From the NCBI RefSeq assembly GCF_000196555.1, contig NC_015067.1, positions 150,001 to 182,000 on the forward strand: 32,000 nt of DNA. Direction: 5' to 3'. This DNA comes from Bifidobacterium longum subsp. longum JCM 1217 (GTDB lineage: Bacteria > Actinomycetota > Actinomycetes > Actinomycetales > Bifidobacteriaceae). A program made the translations under genes and the position numbers. Under the pieces are notes generated by a model, which did not search any database, was not told the DNA's origin, and worked only from the letters and a program-made list of their open reading frames with translations. Below, piece after piece: positions 18,841-26,514 of this stretch; the first letter of the stretch is position 1; each line of letters begins with the position of its first letter.

Positions 18841-19512
18841 ATGCTGCTCAAAGCCGTGTTCTGGGATTTGGACGGTACTCTCATCGATTCTGAGCCGCTC
18901 TGGCATGACGGTGAGATTGAGATCGCGCACAACAATGGCGGCGAGTGGAACGAGGACCTCGGTTGGGAGTGCTCCGGCACTCCGGTACCACACGTGGCAG
19001 AGGTCATGATTGCGCATGGCTGCACATTGAGCGTTCCCGAAATCGACAAGCAGCTCAAGGATTATGTGTTCAAGGCGGAGGTCGAACGTCTGCCGTGGAT
19101 TCCTGGTGTGCAAGACGTGCTGCATTCGCTCAAGGAAGCCGACATCCCATCCATGCTGGTCACTACTTCGCCTCGCCGCATGGCCGAGAACATCATGAAG
19201 CAGGCTGATGGATTGCTTGCCGGCTACGTCTGCGGCGATGATCCGTACGAGCACAAGCCGAGCCCTGCCCCATATCTGGCCGCGGCTGAGAGACTCGGCA
19301 TCGCGCCTGAAGACATGGTCAAGTGCGTGGTAATGGAAGATTCCTCATCCGGTCTGCGCTCCGGCGCCGCCTCGGGGGCCACACTGATTGCGCAGACTGG
19401 CTGGATTCGCACCGACACTTCCGGCCTTGGCCAGTTTGCCTCCATCGACTCGTATGAGGGCATCGATGCGGCCGCGCTGGACGCCTTTGTGCGGCAGCGT
19501 TTGGGGGAGTAG
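18841..19512 (+). CDS. HAD-superfamily hydrolase, subfamily IA (phosphatase / beta-phosphoglucomutase-like)
   Basis: HAD motif I sits right after the preferred start (MLLKAVFWDLDGTLIDSE), motif II is LVTTSP, and motif IV is MEDSSSGLRSG. The ATG at 18841 follows a GGAGG RBS. The ORF-track start at 18760 is unlikely. Confidence 0.85.
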   Translation: MLLKAVFWDLDGTLIDSEPLWHDGEIEIAHNNGGEWNEDLGWECSGTPVPHVAEVMIAHGCTLSVPEIDKQLKDYVFKAEVERLPWIPGVQDVLHSLKEADIPSMLVTTSPRRMAENIMKQADGLLAGYVCGDDPYEHKPSPAPYLAAAERLGIAPEDMVKCVVMEDSSSGLRSGAASGATLIAQTGWIRTDTSGLGQFASIDSYEGIDAAALDAFVRQRLGE

Positions 19513-19662
19513 AAATTTCGTTTGTATTGCGGAGTTTGTGTGGGAAACCCCAGTCGACCTGATGTTATAGGCCGGCTGGTAGGGTATTTGACGGTTTGCA
19601 TATAACTGTCTGGTTCATTGGGCTGGCAGCTCAATACAAGATTTAGGACTCATAGGAAACAC

Positions 19663-20388
19663 ATGGGCTTCGTTAATTTCATCATCGAACTGCTGAAGGA
19701 TCCGCGTGCCGCGATTGCCGGTTGGATTGCCATGGGCGTGGCGCCGACCCTCGGATTCATCTTCCTCATCGTATTCATCGAAACGGGCGTGGTGTTCTTC
19801 CCGTTCCTGCCCGGTGATTCGCTGTTGTTCGCGGCCGGCGTGTTCGCAGCCCCGGATGCTGCGACCGGCAAGGCCGCGCTGCCGCTGTTCTGGTTGCTGC
19901 CGGTGGTTTGGTGCGCGCCGATTATCGGCGACCAGTGCAACTACTTCATCGGTCATTTCTTTGGCCGCCGTATTATCCAATCCGGCAAGGTGAAGGCGCT
20001 GACTCCTGAGCGACTGGCCAAAACCGAGGGCATGATTGAAAAGTGGGGCCCGCTGGCTGTGTTCCTGGGCCGCTTCTTCCCGTTCATTCGTACGTTCATG
20101 CCGTTCATTTCCGGTATTTCCGGTATGCGTTGGAGCCGTTTCACGCCGTTCTCAGTGCTCGGCGGCCTGTGCTGGTCCACGTTGTTCACGCTGCTGGGCT
20201 ACTTCTTCGGCAACATTCCGGCCGTGCAGGATCACTTCGAACTGGTGATCGTGCTGATTCTGCTGGTTTCGCTCGCCCCGACCATCATCGGTCTGCTCAA
20301 GGCCAAGTTCGGCAAGAAGAAGCCGGCCAAGGTGACCGATGCTCAGTTGGACGTCATGGAAGACGGCATCAAGAACCTCGATAAGTAA
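19663..20388 (+). CDS. DedA / SNARE-associated family membrane protein
   Basis: The DedA signature FIETGVVFFPFLPGDSLLFAAG and several TM segments. The ATG at 19663 is preferred. Confidence 0.85.
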   Translation: MGFVNFIIELLKDPRAAIAGWIAMGVAPTLGFIFLIVFIETGVVFFPFLPGDSLLFAAGVFAAPDAATGKAALPLFWLLPVVWCAPIIGDQCNYFIGHFFGRRIIQSGKVKALTPERLAKTEGMIEKWGPLAVFLGRFFPFIRTFMPFISGISGMRWSRFTPFSVLGGLCWSTLFTLLGYFFGNIPAVQDHFELVIVLILLVSLAPTIIGLLKAKFGKKKPAKVTDAQLDVMEDGIKNLDK

Positions 20389-20431
20389 GCAAGGAATGTA
20401 GATTACCACATAAGGAATCGTCGTGAAAATG

Positions 20432-20469
20432 AAGGCCCTGACTGTGCATATGAGGTCAGGGCCTTTTCT
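20432..20469 (+). terminator. Rho-independent terminator after the DedA gene
   Basis: AAGGCCCTGAC, a 12-nt loop, GTCAGGGCCTT, then TTTCTG. Confidence 0.7.
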
Positions 20470-20497
20470 GCATGAGATGGGCGTGAAACAACAGCGT

Positions 20498-20561
20498 GGT
20501 TATCCACATTTGTCGTGGACGACATGCCGGGGTGTGGATAACTCAGCAAGCTAGAACCACA
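20498..20561 (+). repeat. 64-bp conserved element, copy A (upstream of tadZ), with two inverted perfect DnaA-box 9-mers
   Basis: GGTTATCCACATTTGTCGTGGACGACATGCCGGGGTGTGGATAACTCAGCAAGCTAGAACCACA. TTATCCACA is at 20500..20508 and TGTGGATAA at 20533..20541. It is 59/64 identical to copy B. Confidence 0.9.
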
Positions 20562-20610
20562 ATGGTCGATTCGTGTTGAGCATTGAACTCGGACACGTTT
20601 CAATCGGCTT

Positions 20611-21561
20611 ATGAATAGCAACACCACACCCCGCGTGGCGCGTAGGATCACCTCGCCAGCGGTAGCACCTCCGGGCATTCCGCTGCCCACGGACGATGCG
20701 CCGATTCCAGCGCATCGCTACTACACTCCGCCGCCCAGGCCGTTGGCCTCATGCGAACGGCAGAGATCGGGCGAGGCTCCGGCACTCGCCCTAACTACAG
20801 ACACCAGCTTCCATAACATTGTGACGATGACGTCAGGTCATGGAGGCGTGGGGTTGAGTGTCATGGCTTCCATGCTTGCATGGACATTGGCGAGACGTGA
20901 ACACAGCTGCGCTCTCATAGACGCTGATTTCGTGGCCGGATGCCTTGACCTGCTGCTGGGTGTAGAACGAGAGCCGGGTTTACGATTCAGCCAAGTCGAC
21001 GCACCCCTCGGCCGCATCGAGGGCGATGCGATGAACCATGAGCTGATGATGTGGGAGGGTGTGCGAGTACTTCCCTATGACCCTTGGAGCGCGCGCCAGC
21101 CTGACTGGTGGGAAGTTCAAGCGGCCATTCGAGCCTTGGCGGAAACGAACGACGTTGTCATCGTAGATGCCGGTCAGGGTGGACTCATTGAGACCGTACC
21201 CGATCTGCGCAGTGGCATGCAGGTGATTGCCGCGGAATTGTCGGTGATGGGGCTGGCCAGAGCCAAGTCGCACCGGTCCAGACTGGATTCATGGGGCTGT
21301 GAAGCGCCACATATCGTCGGCGTGGAACCACGTGGCGCTCCACGTGGGAGAGGCCACGTGGGTATTGGTGAGGCGCAGGACTATTTGACTGCCACGGTAT
21401 TGGGGCCTGTCAAACCAAGTGTCAATCTGTGTGGAGACGTACTGGAAGGCCTCGGCATCAGATCGGTGACCAAAGGCAGCCGCAAAGCCGTGAGCTTGCT
21501 TGCCGATCTTGTCGAGCAGGCCATTCGCCCGGTTTCGGGAGCTTCTTGCAAGGACCGGTGA
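20611..21561 (+). CDS. tadZ: TadZ/CpaE-like ParA-family ATPase of the Tad pilus locus
   Basis: A deviant Walker-A-like region TSGHGGVGLSVMASMLAWTLA...ALIDADF, as the first gene of a tad cluster. Confidence 0.75.
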   Translation: MNSNTTPRVARRITSPAVAPPGIPLPTDDAPIPAHRYYTPPPRPLASCERQRSGEAPALALTTDTSFHNIVTMTSGHGGVGLSVMASMLAWTLARREHSCALIDADFVAGCLDLLLGVEREPGLRFSQVDAPLGRIEGDAMNHELMMWEGVRVLPYDPWSARQPDWWEVQAAIRALAETNDVVIVDAGQGGLIETVPDLRSGMQVIAAELSVMGLARAKSHRSRLDSWGCEAPHIVGVEPRGAPRGRGHVGIGEAQDYLTATVLGPVKPSVNLCGDVLEGLGIRSVTKGSRKAVSLLADLVEQAIRPVSGASCKDR

Positions 21562-21567
21562 TGCGGT

Positions 21568-22635
21568 ATGGCTGCCGTAATCACTCGGGCTGATGAGCCC
21601 GGCGCAGTGCCCAGAACTGTGTTCTTCGGTCTATTGAATGATGTGGCATCCGACCCGCAGGTTACCGATCTGGCGGTGACCTGTGATGGCCGCGTTTGGG
21701 CGGACCGCGGCAACGGCATGCGAGAAACAGTATTGCGTGTGCCGTTTCGCTCGCCGCAAGTAGTTCGAGAATACGCCGTCCAACTGTGCGCGCAGCTTGG
21801 GCGCAGACTGGATGATGCCTGCCCGATAGCGGACGCCGCCAGTCCAGACGGCATCCGCGTGCATGCGGTGATTGCCCCATTGGTGCCACAAGGTGCCGCA
21901 ATCTCCATACGGTTCCCTGACAGGACCATGGCATCGTTGCGACATCTGAGCCAATTAGGTGTATTCCCGGCTGCTTGGCTGCCGATGTTCGTGGGACTGG
22001 TGCGCAGACATGCCACAGTGCTGATTACCGGCGGAACAGGCGTGGGCAAGACCACCTTGCTCAAGGCGCTGCTGGCGCAATGCGATGTGAACGAGCGCAT
22101 CGTCACCGTAGAGGAAGTTCGTGAACTGGGGGAACTGGGGCGTGGCGATCATGTGTCGTTGGTAACGCGCGAGGCGAATGTGGAGGGCGTCGGAGCCATA
22201 AGTCTGACGGACTTGGTCAAAGCGACGTTGCGAATGCGCCCCGACCGCGTGGTGCTGGGCGAATGCCGTGGCGCGGAAATCGTCGACCTATTGCGCGCGT
22301 TCAATTCTGGTCATCACGGTGGCATGACCACTGTGCATGCGGACGGCGTGAACCGAGTACCGTCCAGGCTGATTTCGCTTGGATTACTCGCCGGAGTCAG
22401 TCCACAGGCGTTGGCCATGCTGGCGGCAGGCGCTTTCGACGCGGTGGTGCATTTGGAGCGAGTGAACGGACAGCGGCGTATCACGCAGATCGGCGAACTG
22501 CGTGTAGCACATGGTGAACTGGCAGGAACACCGCTGGCGGTATGGAATGGCTGCCATCCTCCTCGGTATGCCGCCGAATGGGGGCACTTCATTGAACGAT
22601 GGGGCATCGTTCCCGGGCCGAGTGGTGGTGGGTGA
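21568..22635 (+). CDS. tadA: TadA/CpaF secretion ATPase
   Basis: Walker A ITGGTGVGKTTLLKAL, Walker B and Asp box (RPDRVVLGECRG), and His box (GHHGGMTTVHA). Confidence 0.9.
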   Translation: MAAVITRADEPGAVPRTVFFGLLNDVASDPQVTDLAVTCDGRVWADRGNGMRETVLRVPFRSPQVVREYAVQLCAQLGRRLDDACPIADAASPDGIRVHAVIAPLVPQGAAISIRFPDRTMASLRHLSQLGVFPAAWLPMFVGLVRRHATVLITGGTGVGKTTLLKALLAQCDVNERIVTVEEVRELGELGRGDHVSLVTREANVEGVGAISLTDLVKATLRMRPDRVVLGECRGAEIVDLLRAFNSGHHGGMTTVHADGVNRVPSRLISLGLLAGVSPQALAMLAAGAFDAVVHLERVNGQRRITQIGELRVAHGELAGTPLAVWNGCHPPRYAAEWGHFIERWGIVPGPSGGG

Positions 22636-23291
22636 TGATGTGGTGTGCTGTTCTGGTGGCGCTCGCCGTGCTGATATGGCCGGGGAACAAGTCCGGGAGG
22701 CTGTATCGGCTGGCTTACCGCGGGCGTGCGGTCGATTCCGCAGCCATAAACGAACCTCGATATGCCGGCTCACCTCGCGTGGGCGTTGCGCAGGTGATTA
22801 CGTCCGCCATCGCGCGATTGCGAGGTGGCGGCACATTGGTTGAAGCATTCGAGGAACAATCCAGCAGACGCTTCGCCACTCAGCGCATTACTGTGGAACG
22901 GCTCATAACGGTGTTCGAACAGCGGCGTCTGCCCGACGAATCACCAGCGCAGGTACTTGAAGCTGCACGCGGGGTCACCGCCGCAGCGGTTTTGAGCGAT
23001 GAGCTCGGTTGCCAAGCAGTGCCATGTCTGGAAGCGGTATTGACTGCTTACCGGCAGATGAGGCTGATGCAGAACCTGCGATCGCAAGCATGTGCCGTTC
23101 CTAAAGCCACTGTGGGGCTGCTGAGCGCGCTTCCGGCCGTCACTGTGGCATTGGGCGAGCTTCTGGGAGCTAGACCATTGGCGTTCTTGCTTGGATCGCC
23201 ACGCGGTGTGGTCTGCTTGGTATTAGGGGGATGTTGTTATGCTGCCGGCTTGGCATGGATGCGGGCATTGTTGAAAGGCAGCGGATTATGA
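22635..23291 (+). CDS. tadB: TadB-like type II secretion system F-family membrane protein
   Basis: The ATG overlaps the tadA TGA (TGATG). It has an N-terminal TM segment, a cytoplasmic domain and C-terminal TM helices, and the position matches the canonical tad order. Confidence 0.7.
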   Translation: MMWCAVLVALAVLIWPGNKSGRLYRLAYRGRAVDSAAINEPRYAGSPRVGVAQVITSAIARLRGGGTLVEAFEEQSSRRFATQRITVERLITVFEQRRLPDESPAQVLEAARGVTAAAVLSDELGCQAVPCLEAVLTAYRQMRLMQNLRSQACAVPKATVGLLSALPAVTVALGELLGARPLAFLLGSPRGVVCLVLGGCCYAAGLAWMRALLKGSGL

Positions 23292-23890
23292 GTACGGTGT
23301 GGGTACACGCCGCGGCAGGCTGTGCGGCGATCGCTAGTTGGCTGTATAAGGCTCCGTCTCGTCATGACAGCCGCTTGCCGGGCGAGGAACCGGTCGTAGC
23401 GCATGATTGCGGGTCGTCATGGACCATACTCATATTGCGTATGTTGCAGGTGTCCTTGCGTCAGGGCTCCTCGATTCCCCGGGCGCTTGACATGGTGGGC
23501 AAAGCCGTCGGCGGCGACTGCGGCGCTCGCATGAGCGAGGTCGGGAGCTCCCTGGCCAGAGGGGTTCCCTGGGCTGATGCGTGGCATGCCGCTATGGCTG
23601 TTCAGCATGAGGGTGCGCCAGCTGATAGTTCATCCGGAAAACGTACCAGCAGAACGCAACGAGATCTTGGCCTGCTGCAATCGGCTTTGGAATCGTCATG
23701 GACGCATGGCGATATGCCTGGCGTGCGCCTCGAATCCGCCATTGAACAGCTGGACCGTGACGAGCGTGCCGCCATCGAACGGAATGCCGCGAAGCTGTCG
23801 GTAAAGCTACTGATGCCTACAGGGCTATGTTTTCTGCCGGCATTCGTGCTGGTAGGAGTCATTCCGGCGATTGCGTCCTTCATGATGTGA
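23288..23890 (+). CDS. tadC: TadC-like type II secretion system F-family membrane protein
   Basis: The ATG overlaps the tadB stop (ATGA). The topology is similar to TadB (LLMPTGLCFLPAFVLVGVIPAIASF at the C-terminus). Confidence 0.7.
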   Translation: MSTVWVHAAAGCAAIASWLYKAPSRHDSRLPGEEPVVAHDCGSSWTILILRMLQVSLRQGSSIPRALDMVGKAVGGDCGARMSEVGSSLARGVPWADAWHAAMAVQHEGAPADSSSGKRTSRTQRDLGLLQSALESSWTHGDMPGVRLESAIEQLDRDERAAIERNAAKLSVKLLMPTGLCFLPAFVLVGVIPAIASFMM

Positions 23891-23961
23891 ATATAGGCGT
23901 GAACTGAGTGCGCTTAGGGTGAATCTTGTTGTATTGCTCGGTATTGCACTTGGCTGCGTTT

Positions 23962-24025
23962 GGTTATCCACATTGGTGGTGGACGACACGTCGGGGTGTG
24001 GATAACTCGGCAAGCTAGAACCACA
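23962..24025 (+). repeat. 64-bp conserved element, copy B (upstream of flp), with two inverted perfect DnaA-box 9-mers
   Basis: GGTTATCCACATTGGTGGTGGACGACACGTCGGGGTGTGGATAACTCGGCAAGCTAGAACCACA. TTATCCACA is at 23964..23972 and TGTGGATAA at 23997..24005. Confidence 0.9.
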
Positions 24026-24174
24026 TACCCCGTTTTCCCTGGTGCATGAAGCGTTGATAGTCCACAGTGGTATGCACCCCGCGTCAACCCGGCGCGGGGG
24101 CCAACCACTCACACACGCATGGGGAAGGTGCGAAGCCACTGCGCAGCTTCCCCTCCTTACCGAAAGGAACGCCA

Positions 24175-24462
24175 ATGAATACCCCTATCCCCGTCATCGT
24201 CGACGGGCAGGCCGGCATCTTTGCGCACAGCAAGGCTCGTGTGGCCACGCTGAACGCCAAGGCGAAAGAACGGCTATGCCTCATGGACGCACGCATCCGC
24301 ACCCTCATGGCTGAGCCCGAAGAAGGCGCGGCCACTGCGGAATACGCAGTCGTACTCGTTGCGGCTACAGGCTTTGCGGCGGTGCTGGTCGCCATCCTGA
24401 AGTCGGATGCCATCAAGACGTTGCTGACCAACATCATCAAACAGGCTCTGAAAGTCGGGTGA
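24175..24462 (+). CDS. flp: Flp-family prepilin
   Basis: The Flp processing motif G|ATAEYAVVLVAATGFAAVLVAIL. The ATG at 24175 follows a GAAAGGAA RBS. An internal ATG at 24283 (MDARIRTLMAEPEEGAATAEY) would give a more typical 59-aa prepilin. Confidence 0.8.
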   Translation: MNTPIPVIVDGQAGIFAHSKARVATLNAKAKERLCLMDARIRTLMAEPEEGAATAEYAVVLVAATGFAAVLVAILKSDAIKTLLTNIIKQALKVG

Positions 24463-24845
24463 CAGCCATGAAGACCATGACATGCCGGTGGCGGCTCGCC
24501 AGACTGCCGCCAGACCTATGCACGGGATCGGCCACCGCCGAATTCGCAATCGTATTGCCCAGCATTATCGCCATCGCCGGGCTGATATTGGCAATAGGAC
24601 GTGTGGTCATCGTTTCCATGGACTGTCAAAGTGCCGCGGCAGCGGCTGCACGCGAGTTTGTGGTTACCGGTGACGAATCATCCGCGCGCAGCATAGCTGC
24701 GGACGTTGCCGGGGGAGAGCCCCACGTCAGCATTGCCCACGACGGCCAATCGACGAGTGTGACGGTCGAATGTTCGGTATTGCCCGGTCCGCTGGATGTA
24801 ACTCCAACGCGGGTTACCGGCAACGCTACGGCGATAAGCCAATAA
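24459..24845 (+). CDS. tadE: TadE-like pseudopilin
   Basis: The prepilin-like N-terminus GSATAEFAIVLPSIIAIAGLILAIG. The start is ambiguous: GTG at 24459 overlapping the flp stop, or ATG at 24468 or 24477. Confidence 0.75.
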   Translation: MTAMKTMTCRWRLARLPPDLCTGSATAEFAIVLPSIIAIAGLILAIGRVVIVSMDCQSAAAAAAREFVVTGDESSARSIAADVAGGEPHVSIAHDGQSTSVTVECSVLPGPLDVTPTRVTGNATAISQ

Positions 24846-24885
24846 CGGTCGGCTGGCTGGGCGGCCGCAACAGAAAGGAACTGCG

Positions 24886-25272
24886 GTGCAGGGAATGCGT
24901 TATGAGGAGGGATCGGGCACGATGGCCGGAGCCATGCTGGTTATGGTGGTGGGCATTGCGCTCGCGGTGGCGGCAAGTGTGGGCAACCTCATGATCTGCC
25001 AGAACCGAGCGCGTTCCCTCGCCGACCTTATCGCCTTTGACGCCGCGTATGCGCTGTGGCATGCGGATATCGGTGATCCATGTGCGCTCGCCGCCAACAT
25101 GGCTGAAGCGAATGGTGTAGTTTTGGGCTCCTGCTCCGTGCGGGATGAAGACGTGTTGGTAACCATCAAGGTGGAAACCATGGTCCTGGTGGCATCATCC
25201 GTGGAGCGGATGGCTCGGGCCGGACCGGTGAGTTGTACGGAAGGAGACAATTATCACAATAATGGACCGTAA
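24886..25272 (+). CDS. tadF: TadF / Rv3654c-type TadE-like protein
   Basis: GSGTMAGAMLVMVVGIALAVAASVG is a hydrophobic N-terminus typical of the actinobacterial TadE-like family. The GTG start lies 6 nt after AAAGGAA, and this is the last gene of the tad cluster. Confidence 0.65.
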   Translation: MQGMRYEEGSGTMAGAMLVMVVGIALAVAASVGNLMICQNRARSLADLIAFDAAYALWHADIGDPCALAANMAEANGVVLGSCSVRDEDVLVTIKVETMVLVASSVERMARAGPVSCTEGDNYHNNGP

Positions 25273-25320
25273 AGCACCGATACTCTGGCGGGCTTCTGGG
25301 CCTTTGGCTAAGGTGAGAGC

Positions 25321-26451
25321 ATGAGCGAGAGTGAACGCAACGAGCGCCGTCGCGTGGTGGCCATGGTGGGCAACCCCACTTCCGATAAAGGCCGTGGCGC
25401 TAAGGTGGACGCGCAGGTATTGGGTCTGCTGGAGGAAGCCGGCCGTGCCCATAACTTTGATGTCATCGACATCACCGGCACGAGTTTCGACGATTCCCTG
25501 AATCAGGCGCGTGAACGCGCGCACGAGTACGACTATCTCGTAGTGGTCGGTGGCGACGGCATGATCGCACTTGGAGCGAACGCCGTGGGCTGCAGTGGCA
25601 AGCCGTTGGGCATCGTGGCCACGGGGTCGGGCAACGATTTCGCACGAGGACTGAAGCTGCCGGTCAACCGTATCGAAACCGCAGTGGAAGGTATCGTCGG
25701 TGCTATCGTGCGCGGATCACACATCGATGTGGACATGGGACGCGTGACCTCTTTGGACGGCGGCTATGCCGTGGATCCCTCCACTGGCGAGGAGTACGAG
25801 TACCAGGAGAGCAAGTCCGCCGAGCATCCGATTGACCGGTACTATGCGGGCATGCTGTCCTGTGGTCTTGACGCGAGCATCAACGACCGTGCGAATCATT
25901 CGCATCTGCCGACCGGCACCATGCGCTACTTTGCGGCGGTGCTGGTGGAGCTGACGCATATGAAGCGTTATGGTTACCACATCAAAGCCACATTGGCGGA
26001 CGGGACCACGGATGAACGAGACATCATCACACCATTGCTGACGATTGCGAATTCGAGGCATATCGGTGGCGGCATTGAGGTCTCGCCGTACTCCTGCTTC
26101 TCCGATGGATTGTTGGACCTGGTGTGGATGGACCACGTGCCGAACTTCGGCGAATGCGCGGTGGCCATTTCGAATGCCTATAACGGCAAGCTACTTGCTT
26201 CAAAGGTGTTCGGCTGGAAACGTATCCGTGAAATCGAAGTCACGCGGGCAACGGAAGGAGACGAGCCGCCGGTGCTGATGGCGGACGGCGAATATATCGG
26301 GCATTTGCCATTTAGGGTAGTGGCCGAGGACTGCGCGTTGCGCGTGCTAGTGCCGCCGGCCGTAGCCGCCCGTGAGGTGGATTCCCGACAGGAAGTGCTC
26401 AACGCCATTGCCCGAGATGGTCGCGATCCCGTGACCGGCCAGTTCGCGTGA
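25321..26451 (+). CDS. Diacylglycerol-kinase-family lipid kinase (YegS/BmrU type)
   Basis: The DAGK catalytic-domain motifs VVVGGDGM and PLGIVATGSGNDFARGL. Confidence 0.85.
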   Translation: MSESERNERRRVVAMVGNPTSDKGRGAKVDAQVLGLLEEAGRAHNFDVIDITGTSFDDSLNQARERAHEYDYLVVVGGDGMIALGANAVGCSGKPLGIVATGSGNDFARGLKLPVNRIETAVEGIVGAIVRGSHIDVDMGRVTSLDGGYAVDPSTGEEYEYQESKSAEHPIDRYYAGMLSCGLDASINDRANHSHLPTGTMRYFAAVLVELTHMKRYGYHIKATLADGTTDERDIITPLLTIANSRHIGGGIEVSPYSCFSDGLLDLVWMDHVPNFGECAVAISNAYNGKLLASKVFGWKRIREIEVTRATEGDEPPVLMADGEYIGHLPFRVVAEDCALRVLVPPAVAAREVDSRQEVLNAIARDGRDPVTGQFA

Positions 26452-26493
26452 CCCGATTATATTGGCTCCCCTCATTAGGCTGAGCCGTAAAGC

Positions 26494-26514
26494 AAACAGC
26501 CCAGTGGGCTGTTT
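26494..26514 (+). terminator. Hairpin downstream of the lipid kinase gene
   Basis: AAACAGCCC-AGT-GGGCTGTTT followed by GT. It could act bidirectionally, because the flanking genes converge. Confidence 0.5.

Noticed and set aside
20403-20690. The minus-strand ORFs 20403..20690 and 23825..24175 share a peptide (SSLLSYPHPGMSSTTNVDNH versus SSLPSYPHPDVSSTTNVDNQ), suggesting paralogous small proteins
   Set aside because: The shared peptide is just the translation of the 64-bp non-coding repeat. Similarity stops at the repeat borders, the rest of each ORF is unrelated, and both overlap tad gene starts or leaders on the other strand.
20498-24025. Clustered perfect DnaA boxes as a replication origin (oriC)
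   Set aside because: There are only two boxes per cluster. There is no AT-rich unwinding element and no dnaA/dnaN/rpmH neighbourhood. The boxes sit in a repeat tied to tad gene starts. I treat them as a regulatory element (see findings), not an origin.
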